DNA from: a virus
Lineage: Duplodnaviria; Caudoviricetes
DNA: 64,000 nucleotides
Reading direction: 5' to 3' (one strand)
Virus record (IMG/VR): IMGVR_UViG_3300020048_000007
Coordinates: 128,001-192,000 of that record
The notes under the pieces are model-generated. The model was not told the origin of the DNA. It saw only the letters and a list, made by a program, of their open reading frames with translations, and searched no databases. The stretch's first letter is position 1. Every line of letters starts with the position of its first letter. Shown one piece after another: positions 46,122 to 55,154 of the stretch. The position numbers and the translations under genes were made by a program.

Positions 46122-48813
46122 CGGACTTTCTCTTAAGTTTCGATATCTTCTGACGTCTACTTACACAAAACATACCCCTAGCATCGAAATCAACAGGAAT
46201 ATGAATTCCAATGCCAGGTTCAAAACACGCCTCATCCTGCATCATTAATTCCTTCTCCCATACAAACACCATACAATCAGCAATCCCATCAGTACCAAAA
46301 ATCTTACCATAAGGTTTACCTGTCTTAGTCATATCCCTAACGAATTTGCTTGTATACAAATGTAAAAAATTGTTTCCTTCCTCCTTAGAAGCGCGATCCT
46401 TAGAAGCAGCTATGGTTCCATCACCGGTTATCTTATAAGAACCAAGCGGAGAATCAAGGTAATACCCAATATACTCCTGCTGGAAAGCTAATCTTTCTTC
46501 TAAAGTAAAATCGTCTAAAGTCACTTTATTAATATTTTCTAAAGTTACTTCGATTTTCGGCATCCATTTCGTTATCGCTGGTGGGATCTTATTACGTTTA
46601 GGATAGGCGCGGCGATACTCTTGCTCTTGGCGATCACGCTCCTTGGCAATCGTCTTCTCATCCCATCCTTCTAGAGCCATAAGGTCATTGTGAAGTTGCA
46701 CTTTCATCTCTCTAATGTCTTTATTCACAGAGCAGTAAAAATACTGATAATACTTCCATAAAGCACGGCTGTTCTGATGTCCAGGCAATTGCTGGAAAGC
46801 ATTTAACTTGATAAATCTTTCCAAAACAGGTTTACTCCTCCGGCCAGAATCTTCACCACCGACAAATTCATCAAGCGATTTATAATCACCCTTTCCAGTA
46901 AAAACCAAAGCGGCTGAATCACCAATGCCTTTAATACCAATCATGCCCTGATTAATACTGTCGCCAGATACCTTGAATCCACGCTGAAGATTATTTATAT
47001 CAATAGTACCGAAGTGAACACCCTCGGCTGGAATGGCTGGTTTATGGCTCCCACTGTATGTGATTACCGACGGCTTCCATTCTTCAGACCTAGCCATGCC
47101 CATATATCTAGGCAACTTCTTGGCGTGGCAATCACTCATAATAGCAGCCCAAAACTCAGGTGCAAAGTGCGCCTTCAACCACAAGCATCTCATAGTCAGC
47201 AGGCAGTAACTCACACTATGTGATTTATTAAATGCATACCTGCCGAATGTTTCCATCTTCTCCCACCAGTACGCAGCAGCTTCCTCACCAATAGACTTAC
47301 CAGCACCTTCAAGCCATTTGGTCTTAATCGGCTTTAATTTGTGTGTCCACTTCTTAGCCACGGCCTTCCGAGCATCCTGTGATTCAGGACTAGTGAAAGC
47401 AGCAAGCCTCTGCCATAGTGCCTGTAACTGTTCTTGGTAAACAATAACCCCATAGGTGGACTCAAGAACAGATAAAAACTCTGGGTGCAACTTCTCTTTC
47501 CATTTATTAAGACTATCATCGCGGTTAGCCATAGCCTCAGGAATTGATTGCATAGGACCTGGGTGGCCCATGGCATTTAAAAGCATTAAGTCTTCGAAAG
47601 ACTTCACACCATGTTCTAAGATCCCTTTGCCATTATCTGTATCAAATTGAAATATGCCATCAGTCTTCTTATCGTTCGCAAGCTTCAAAGCTGCTGGATC
47701 ATCCATGTTTATAAAATGTTTTTCCCCGCTCTGATCGAAATAAAAGCCGATTATCCTTTGCTCTGGATCATTATAATCCATTCCCTCCAGATTATCACCA
47801 AACGAAATCCCGCGATTTTCTTCGATAAACTTGCATGCCTCGAATAGGTACTTCACAGTCTTTAAACCAAGTAGATCCCATTTGACATAACCGAATTTGC
47901 TCAGCTGAGTGGTTCTTCCCTCGGTCCACATGCTTACCCAAAAGCCCTTCTTACCACTTTTCGCCATTGGAACGTTCCCAAACAATGGCCTGTCAGTAAT
48001 AATCAGAGCTCCCGCGTGCATCCCCTGATTCCTAATGCGGCCAACTAGCTGCTTGGCGTAGTCAACGACATTCGGGTGTATACGATATAATTCAGCAAGC
48101 TCTTTTACTTCTGCTAAGAGCTTACCAATGGTCGGGGCCTCAGTATCTGTCTGATTACAAAAAGGGCATATTTTCGCATCATGCACCTTTCCGCAATCTT
48201 GTTCAGCCCCTTCAATGATGATTCTACTTTTACAAACGGAAAACCCGCCTTCTCTCAGATCGTCGACTTCATCAGGCATCTCAGTGGTGAAACGCTCTGC
48301 CTCATATCGTGTCATAACACCAAGTGCCGTAGACACGTCTAAAATCGCACTTCTTAACTTGTAGGTCTGCCAGGTCCCAACAGAGCAAACACTGCCATAA
48401 ACATCATCGACGTTACTCCCATAACGCTGAATCGCATATTCCTTCAAAGGATCTCTAGATTCTGGGATACAATCGATATCGATATCTGGCATGTCAGTAT
48501 CTTTAGTGATATCTTCAGGATAATACCCATACTTGTTCTTGTAACTCATAACACTAGAAGCCGCAATGGAATTAAGCATCGGCGTGGTCCGCTCATAGAA
48601 CGGATCATCATCAGAAACACCCAACAGATACGCTATGAGAAGCCTATTTGGGTTTTTAAGCCCCTTTTGATCAGATTCAGCAACACGTATCCAGTATGCT
48701 TCTGTACCCTGTTTTTCAATCTCTGATATTTCAAACATCAATCTATCAACATACGTGCTGCCTAATGCTTTACCTTTAGGTATTAACGTTTCTTTCATAT
48801 CATTCCAGGTCAT
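46087..48813 (-). CDS. dnaE: DNA polymerase III alpha (DnaE), catalytic C-terminal part
   Basis: DMPDIDIDC (two catalytic Asp), GMHAGALII, VKWDLLGL (third Asp), GIFQF, VIVYQEQL, FGRYAFNKSHS, IKGIG HhH, OB-fold end; no PHP domain. Confidence 0.92.
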   Translation of the reverse strand: MTWNDMKETLIPKGKALGSTYVDRLMFEISEIEKQGTEAYWIRVAESDQKGLKNPNRLLIAYLLGVSDDDPFYERTTPMLNSIAASSVMSYKNKYGYYPEDITKDTDMPDIDIDCIPESRDPLKEYAIQRYGSNVDDVYGSVCSVGTWQTYKLRSAILDVSTALGVMTRYEAERFTTEMPDEVDDLREGGFSVCKSRIIIEGAEQDCGKVHDAKICPFCNQTDTEAPTIGKLLAEVKELAELYRIHPNVVDYAKQLVGRIRNQGMHAGALIITDRPLFGNVPMAKSGKKGFWVSMWTEGRTTQLSKFGYVKWDLLGLKTVKYLFEACKFIEENRGISFGDNLEGMDYNDPEQRIIGFYFDQSGEKHFINMDDPAALKLANDKKTDGIFQFDTDNGKGILEHGVKSFEDLMLLNAMGHPGPMQSIPEAMANRDDSLNKWKEKLHPEFLSVLESTYGVIVYQEQLQALWQRLAAFTSPESQDARKAVAKKWTHKLKPIKTKWLEGAGKSIGEEAAAYWWEKMETFGRYAFNKSHSVSYCLLTMRCLWLKAHFAPEFWAAIMSDCHAKKLPRYMGMARSEEWKPSVITYSGSHKPAIPAEGVHFGTIDINNLQRGFKVSGDSINQGMIGIKGIGDSAALVFTGKGDYKSLDEFVGGEDSGRRSKPVLERFIKLNAFQQLPGHQNSRALWKYYQYFYCSVNKDIREMKVQLHNDLMALEGWDEKTIAKERDRQEQEYRRAYPKRNKIPPAITKWMPKIEVTLENINKVTLDDFTLEERLAFQQEYIGYYLDSPLGSYKITGDGTIAASKDRASKEEGNNFLHLYTSKFVRDMTKTGKPYGKIFGTDGIADCMVFVWEKELMMQDEACFEPGIGIHIPVDFDARGMFCVSRRQKISKLKRKSDANARSNRNNM

Positions 48814-49469
48814 ACATCTTCCTTTATCTGGATCTGATGGGCTGATTTGATGTGGTTTGTTAGGCCATAGCTGCTAATTGTCTTCTTACCACAGATGTGG
48901 CAAGCATATACAGTACCGTCAGTAGAAATCGGCTTAGCTTTGCAAGTTTTAGCATGCAAAGTATAACCAGACATGGAAGACATAATTTTTCCACAATTAG
49001 CACATTTCATGCCATCATTGCCTATAGCACACCCTATCATTTTCGATAATGGCTTTTCTCTATCCATTTCATAACAAAGATCTGGTGGTCGCCATTCTTT
49101 ATTCGATGGCCTGCCTGTAACCCAGCTCTCATGAATAGGAAGGCTCATTGAGTCTAAGTTAGCATCACTATCAGCGTATAGTATAGCATCAACTGCCCTT
49201 ATTTTAACGTAGTATAATGGTCTTCCGTCTTTCACACAAGCTTTTAAGACGTCTTTGTACGCTTTATCATCTAACTCTATAATTTTCGATATCGTGGTTT
49301 TGTGAAGTATCAAGCCTCTATATTCTTCATATTTAAAATCGCTTTTTGCCCAGTATGGCCTTAATGATAGTAAAATGAGTATCTCTTTTAGACTCTTTTC
49401 TTCTCCATTAACATAGGTCTTATTGTTTTCTTCAGTGATTTTATAACCTTTGGGGTTCAAGTCTCGCAT
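48810..49469 (-). CDS. Protein with two C-terminal C2HC/C2H2 zinc fingers
   Basis: CANC-x12-H-x3-C and CHIC-x12-H-x4-H. Confidence 0.7.
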   Translation of the reverse strand: MRDLNPKGYKITEENNKTYVNGEEKSLKEILILLSLRPYWAKSDFKYEEYRGLILHKTTISKIIELDDKAYKDVLKACVKDGRPLYYVKIRAVDAILYADSDANLDSMSLPIHESWVTGRPSNKEWRPPDLCYEMDREKPLSKMIGCAIGNDGMKCANCGKIMSSMSGYTLHAKTCKAKPISTDGTVYACHICGKKTISSYGLTNHIKSAHQIQIKEDV

Positions 49470-49797
49470 TGTATTTGTATTCTTGGTTTAGAGCAGCTGT
49501 TTTTGCCATATCTAACATTGAAATACAATCAGCACCCCACGTTATATCTGTTAAATCGATTCTTAGGTCGTTAGGATTATCAACGTTATATCTAATAGTA
49601 ATATATGCATCTTTGTGCTTTAAAGCAGATTTAGCTAATTTAAAGCTCTTATAAATGTAATCTCCAGAGCCTAAACCTGATGTTATTACACATTCATTTT
49701 GGCTCTGGAGATGTTTTAGTCTGATAGCACAGCCATAAGAAGGTATCTTATCTTCGATGCATGCTATGCAGATCTCGATATCATATAAATGAGCCAT
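49441..49797 (-). CDS. Hypothetical protein (possible degenerate RNase H-like fold)
   Basis: 118 aa; secondary-structure pattern only, no clear catalytic set. Confidence 0.5.
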   Translation of the reverse strand: MAHLYDIEICIACIEDKIPSYGCAIRLKHLQSQNECVITSGLGSGDYIYKSFKLAKSALKHKDAYITIRYNVDNPNDLRIDLTDITWGADCISMLDMAKTAALNQEYKYNARLEPQRL

Positions 49798-50305
49798 CGA
49801 CAGCCACTAGCTTAGGATATTGGGAGCCCGTCTCAACCGCGAATGCATCGAGAGTACGAGCCACAGCATTTAAGACATGGTTTTTTGCAGCTATCTTATC
49901 GCTAGAACTACGCCACTTACCTATTTCGACAAGAACATTATCAGCTAGTTGCTTAACATTCGAAGGAAATTCTTTTCCTTCTGATTGATAATTGCTGACA
50001 TAGCTATCGATGATTCCGGTCACGTATAATGCAGCTGATTCTGTGATATTGTAAGACAAATGGCTTATTTCTCTGTCTTTACGCTCTTGATTTGTATCTG
50101 TGATAAAGTCAATTAGCTTGAGCAAATAAGCACAAAGCTGATCACTAACGCCATTCATTATCACTATGTGCGTTCTGACAGCGTGCTTAAGCTCTTCGAC
50201 CTGAGCATTGCGCCTGTCGCTATAATCTTCTTCAATGCCAGTTCTTATATCCGCTGGTGCCAAAGCCGTTGGCATGCTAACAGACTGCATTCTTGGATCG
50301 TTCAT
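49781..50305 (-). CDS. Hypothetical helical protein
   Basis: 174 aa; RBS AGGAGG. Confidence 0.6.
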   Translation of the reverse strand: MNDPRMQSVSMPTALAPADIRTGIEEDYSDRRNAQVEELKHAVRTHIVIMNGVSDQLCAYLLKLIDFITDTNQERKDREISHLSYNITESAALYVTGIIDSYVSNYQSEGKEFPSNVKQLADNVLVEIGKWRSSSDKIAAKNHVLNAVARTLDAFAVETGSQYPKLVAVDGSFI

Positions 50306-50344
50306 AGGTACCTCCTGCCATATTTACTTGCTACCTGCAAAAAA

Positions 50345-51739
50345 TCACTTAAATTCGGGTAGTTTTACATTCAGCAAATAGCCACCACGACTCGGACTCA
50401 AGAATCTGTCGAATGACAAACCCCATTTAAGCGGGTCAATGCTAGAGATTCCAAGCAGATAGCAAACCAAACTCCCTGGAGCACTACCACGAGGATAAAA
50501 CGGAAATCCTAGAGACCTCCCATGATCTATTAGGTCATATGTTATTAAAAAATAACTGCTAAAACCCTTCTCGATGAACCGAGTAAGTTCTATTCTGGCT
50601 TGCTCTGCATACGTCACAAGCTTGCCATCAACCGGGAACTTAGTCTTCACCTTATCTAAACCAAGTTCTTTGAGTCTCTTCGTCGCAATACGAATCAATT
50701 CTTGGTCTGACTGATCGACAGACGGAATCTTGGGCGTGGAGTCTACATTTAATTTAGAACATCTATTAGCGATTTCTAGAGTATTATCACAAGCTTTCTG
50801 GAAAAACCCATCATCGATACCTTTGCTATAGCCATTATCAGTAAATCTCTCATGTAATTCCTCTCGGGTCTTCATGTACTGCTCATCACTATTAACGTGA
50901 AAAAGATCAGGGCTATCAACGGTTGTCTCCTGTGAAATAGCCATCATGATCTTCTGTAATATAAAATCCTTGCGGTGCATATAATGACAATCATTCGTGA
51001 TCACCGACGGTACCTTGTAATGATCAGCAAGTTCAACCTGCCACCGAAAGACCTTCTCATCATTCTCGACCCCAGGCATTTGTAACTCCATAAAATAATC
51101 TTCGCCAAATGCGTCTTTGAATTTTTTTATATAAGCTGCGGCATCCCTAAAACACTCCTTAGAGCTTCTCTCCCAGACCACATTGTCCTCTTTATCCTTA
51201 ATACTTCTGAATCTAAGCTCATGACTAACTGGTCCGTTTAAGCATCCAGAAAGAATGATTAATCCCTCTTTGTACTCACAAAGCTTCTCAAACCATATCC
51301 TGTTATACTGTGTAGTACCAAGTCCGAACAATCCTGTATCATAAGCCTGAGTAGTGAGCTTTATAAGGTTCTCGACACCAGTCTGATTCTTACATACGAC
51401 AGTTAAATGCCTGTTCCGGAACATCCTTGCAGCGAGCTCTTGATTTTCTTTGCGCCATTCTGGAGATCGATATTTAACACCATCCGCGTGCATTTTCTGT
51501 CTTAGCGGCTCATAATCATTATAATATATCTCACAACCGACTATACTCTTTAGACCGTATTGTTGAAACGCGATGTACATGTCAGGGACACTACCCATAT
51601 GACCATGCTCCGTAGCAGCCATAGCCGGATATCCAAGATTATGACACCTCTCGGCATATTGCTGCGGAGACGATACCCCATCAAGAAAGCTGAAAATAGT
51701 ATGAGCATGGAGATGGACAAAAGGAGCGTGCGATTGCAT
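50345..51739 (-). CDS. dnaE: DNA polymerase III alpha (DnaE), N-terminal PHP part
   Basis: FVHLHAH, ATEHG, GCEIY, RHLT, SGCLNG, ELQ, TNDCHY (intact PHP metal ligands); ends RGSAPGSLVCYLLGISSIDPLKWGLSFDRFLSPSR then stops. Confidence 0.92.
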   Translation of the reverse strand: MQSHAPFVHLHAHTIFSFLDGVSSPQQYAERCHNLGYPAMAATEHGHMGSVPDMYIAFQQYGLKSIVGCEIYYNDYEPLRQKMHADGVKYRSPEWRKENQELAARMFRNRHLTVVCKNQTGVENLIKLTTQAYDTGLFGLGTTQYNRIWFEKLCEYKEGLIILSGCLNGPVSHELRFRSIKDKEDNVVWERSSKECFRDAAAYIKKFKDAFGEDYFMELQMPGVENDEKVFRWQVELADHYKVPSVITNDCHYMHRKDFILQKIMMAISQETTVDSPDLFHVNSDEQYMKTREELHERFTDNGYSKGIDDGFFQKACDNTLEIANRCSKLNVDSTPKIPSVDQSDQELIRIATKRLKELGLDKVKTKFPVDGKLVTYAEQARIELTRFIEKGFSSYFLITYDLIDHGRSLGFPFYPRGSAPGSLVCYLLGISSIDPLKWGLSFDRFLSPSRGGYLLNVKLPEFK

Positions 51740-51819
51740 AGAAATGATCGTATCCCTAGTATCAATATTTTATGACTATCAGAAAAACACAGGTACGCAT
51801 AGATGAAATTCACCTATAT

Positions 51820-53520
51820 TCATTTTTTATCCCCGTCCTGTAAGGCATCCATAAACCATGATGGAAACAGCCTACCACTTCTCTTAATGAACCCGACAAA
51901 GCTCCCATCAATGATATAAGTGTCAGCGTAATCCTCAGGACCACGAATAGATCTACCGTACGATTGAACCAGCTTTAAAGCTGTTAGCCAAGGAATATAA
52001 GCCGGATCAAGCTGGTTACGCCTGTTAAGCTGCTTATTATCAAAAAAATTCGGAAAAGGCACCTTGCTAATGACCTGAAACCGACTCAAATCACCATTCA
52101 AGTCGACACCCTCATGCATAGCAGGAGCAACAAGAATACTGCCAGGTCTGCGAGCATGCAGCTCCAGTAACTCCTTCTTGTCAGGAAACATCCTCTGAGT
52201 GATAAATCTGTGCCTACTTTGGCAACCATCGTAGAGAGCATCAAGAATAGCAAAATTGTGTGTATGAATCATACCACGTTCATCCGGATATCGATCACAT
52301 ATCTCATCAACAACATCTATCACCTTAGGCATCCACTCATTCATGCGGCTCTTACCACCTGTAAGATTACCACAATCCTTGAAATAGATCGGACGATTCT
52401 CTACAGGGAACCTATTCTTCATCCTGTATGACGCAATCTGATCCTTTTCAAGACCCAAAGCATTACAAAAGACATTGATATCAAGAATTGTAGCGCTCAT
52501 AATAAGCACCTTGTCAGCGAACCTGAAAAGCATCTTATCAGCGTAATCCCGAATGAAAACAGGCTTAAATTCGACCGAAAATTCCTTGCTCCTCTCAGCA
52601 TACGTAGTCTGACATACCCACTCAGAATCTTCGAATGTCTCCAGGAACTGAATGACCCGTTTAACAAGCTTACTCAAATCGTCCTCAGTCTTGTGATCCT
52701 CTCTGCGTTTAGCATCTTCGATCGCAAGAGCAATGACTTCAGCGATACGTTCTTCTTTACACCATTCAAAATAATCTCGCGGATCTTCATACTTCGGCAA
52801 AATAACACCGAAATCCTTAAAAGTATCACTCGCAAACACAAACGACACAACGTCGAGCAAAACCTGCTCAATATTATGACCCTCATCGATAATCAACAGA
52901 TCTCTCGGCATATCAAACCTACGAGTCATCATAGTCTGATAAATGAAGCTATTGAAATTCATACAAACGACAGGACCATTAACAGACTTAAAGACCTGCT
53001 CGTAATAAGCACATGCGCTGTACACCTTACCAGCCGGAAGATGATTCAAGTCGCCCTTCGGGACACCCGGGATCTGATCCCTCAAGAAACACCCAGAGCA
53101 TTTGTGACCGTCTTTGCGTCCTACCTTCGATTTGCAATACCCAGCTGCACAATCCGGCTTCTCATCAATCTTCTCATCGAGCCTATCAAGCGGGATAATT
53201 TTTGCGAGCTTATCCCTGTTTCTCTCATAATAGTCGCAGTGATACGCATTCCTACCTTTGAGTTCTACAACCTTATCGCCAAAATCATTCATGAACTGAT
53301 CTTGAAGAATCTTCGTGATTGTGAGATAGTACGAGCTTTCAGCCATATTAGCCATCGTCATACCGATAGCTGATTTACCCGAGCCGGTAGGGCATTCGAG
53401 AATCACGACCTTCTTACCCTCATTGAACTGCTTACAAGCAAATTCAATGGCCTTCTTTTGGCCATCACGAAATTCAGCCTTGGGGAAACAGTCGTCAATT
53501 CTGTCTAGATCATATTGCAT
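51820..53520 (-). CDS. SF2 helicase, DinG/XPD (helicase C2) family
   Basis: Q motif FRDGQ, Walker A CPTGSGKS, IIDEGH, MSAT, HEGVD, QSYGRSIR; Cys cluster (HCDYY, CAAGYC, CSGC, CAYY) consistent with an Fe-S domain. Confidence 0.85.
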   Translation of the reverse strand: MQYDLDRIDDCFPKAEFRDGQKKAIEFACKQFNEGKKVVILECPTGSGKSAIGMTMANMAESSYYLTITKILQDQFMNDFGDKVVELKGRNAYHCDYYERNRDKLAKIIPLDRLDEKIDEKPDCAAGYCKSKVGRKDGHKCSGCFLRDQIPGVPKGDLNHLPAGKVYSACAYYEQVFKSVNGPVVCMNFNSFIYQTMMTRRFDMPRDLLIIDEGHNIEQVLLDVVSFVFASDTFKDFGVILPKYEDPRDYFEWCKEERIAEVIALAIEDAKRREDHKTEDDLSKLVKRVIQFLETFEDSEWVCQTTYAERSKEFSVEFKPVFIRDYADKMLFRFADKVLIMSATILDINVFCNALGLEKDQIASYRMKNRFPVENRPIYFKDCGNLTGGKSRMNEWMPKVIDVVDEICDRYPDERGMIHTHNFAILDALYDGCQSRHRFITQRMFPDKKELLELHARRPGSILVAPAMHEGVDLNGDLSRFQVISKVPFPNFFDNKQLNRRNQLDPAYIPWLTALKLVQSYGRSIRGPEDYADTYIIDGSFVGFIKRSGRLFPSWFMDALQDGDKK

Positions 53521-53613
53521 TATTGCGCTCTCTTTCTAATTAAACAATACACGATTTATAACGATATTACTTCAGTATTTGAGCATTGAAACCAGACCCC
53601 ATAGAAAGAACAT

Positions 53614-54702
53614 ATGAGCCAAGTACTAATCACAGCAGACATCCACTTTGGCGTACCCGGCAGACTTGACGATATCTTATACTCCTGCAGAGTAATGAGA
53701 GAATATTGTCGACTAGCGAACATCGACACAATACTCGTGCTGGGTGACCTATATCACGACCGCAGATACCTTGAAATAGACGTACTATCAGCGTCATATA
53801 AATTCTTCGAAGAATGCTACTCAAAATATAACCAACGCTGGGTGATATTCCCAGGCAATCATGATATGTTCCTCAGACATAGCTGGAGAATTAACAGCCT
53901 AACGCCGTTAGCACAAGTCACCACATTAATAGAGGACGTATGCAAAATAGAAATAGAACGACAAACATTCTGGATTTTACCATTCATATCATACGAAAAA
54001 TCATACATGACAGTGCTAAACAAAATAAATGAACAAGCAGATGAGAACGACATCCTGCTAACTCACATCGGTGTAAACGGCGCTACCATGAATACATGCT
54101 TCATGTTAAAAGACTGGGGCCTCGTCAATTTTAGTGATACGAAATTCAAGAGAGTCTACACAGGGCACTTCCACAGTAAACAATCAATTGGTGATAGAGT
54201 ATTCTATCCAGGCAGCCCAATACCATTTAAACACGACGAAGGCAATGTTCCTCACGGTTTCTACGTCTATAATCTAGAAACAAGCGAACACAAATTCATA
54301 AACATCTGGAAGGCCGGAAGACAATTTTTCCCTAACGAAACGCCACCACCACAATTCTGCAGCATACTGGATACAGACCTTGACAATCTAACACCAGAAG
54401 ATGTGAAACACAACAAAGTCAGAATAGCACTATCCGCTGACACCCCAGCAGATAAAAAAAGAGAAATAAAAGAAAGACTCGAAGCATTAGGGGCTGAAAA
54501 TGTAAGCTGGATGAACCTAAAAGAAGCAGCCCCAGACATACAAGAAATAAATCAAAATATCGAAAAATCAGACTTATTCGAACTGTTCATAGCCAATAAC
54601 GAAAAAAGCACAAAAGATCTAAACATAGACCTACTAAGAAGACTAAACGCTGAGATAATCCGCGAAGGAGATGAGCAGTATAGTCTCTCGTCAGATAATT
54701 GA
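53614..54702 (+). CDS. Mre11/SbcD/gp47-like metallophosphoesterase nuclease
   Basis: ADIHFG, LGDLYH, GNHD, TH, GHFH, YPGSP. Confidence 0.88.
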   Translation: MSQVLITADIHFGVPGRLDDILYSCRVMREYCRLANIDTILVLGDLYHDRRYLEIDVLSASYKFFEECYSKYNQRWVIFPGNHDMFLRHSWRINSLTPLAQVTTLIEDVCKIEIERQTFWILPFISYEKSYMTVLNKINEQADENDILLTHIGVNGATMNTCFMLKDWGLVNFSDTKFKRVYTGHFHSKQSIGDRVFYPGSPIPFKHDEGNVPHGFYVYNLETSEHKFINIWKAGRQFFPNETPPPQFCSILDTDLDNLTPEDVKHNKVRIALSADTPADKKREIKERLEALGAENVSWMNLKEAAPDIQEINQNIEKSDLFELFIANNEKSTKDLNIDLLRRLNAEIIREGDEQYSLSSDN

Positions 54703-54743
54703 GAACATAACACCGCACTGTCATATTAATTCAGGAGGCAATA

Positions 54744-55154
54744 ATGCTAAACGACCTAAAGACAGAGATGAAGAATGCGTTCTCAATACCAGCACCTGCA
54801 ATCGGCATTGACGTCGACGGTACAATCGACCAAGCACCTGAGTTTTTTGCTACGCTAACACAAAATTGGCCAGGCGATATTCACATCATCACGATGAGAA
54901 GCGACCCACAAGACATCGCTGATACACTGACGCATTACGGCCTTAAATGGACACATATCCACCCAGTGTATGGTGTGAAATGCAAGGCCGAAATTATTGC
55001 ACGGCACAAGCTTGTCATGTACTTTGATGATATGCCCGAAGTGTTGCAGACAGTCGAAGAGCCATATAACGTCTGCTTGATCAGAAATCCAGGTAACTTC
55101 GATCATGATACCAAGCAATATATTATGAGTAATAAAACCGCTTATCTCATATAA
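54744..55154 (+). CDS. HAD-superfamily phosphatase
   Basis: IGIDVDGT motif I, IITMR motif II, K...YFDD motifs III/IV; RBS AGGAGG. Confidence 0.8.
   Translation: MLNDLKTEMKNAFSIPAPAIGIDVDGTIDQAPEFFATLTQNWPGDIHIITMRSDPQDIADTLTHYGLKWTHIHPVYGVKCKAEIIARHKLVMYFDDMPEVLQTVEEPYNVCLIRNPGNFDHDTKQYIMSNKTAYLI

Noticed and set aside
46087-51739. Split intein or group I intron explaining the split dnaE
   Set aside because: No intein terminal residues or motifs at either break, no homing endonuclease motif in the intervening ORFs, and the halves overlap in homology instead of abutting
53614-54702. Orphan Mre11/gp47 lacking its Rad50/gp46 partner
   Set aside because: The partner may lie outside this 64-kb slice; its absence here is not informative
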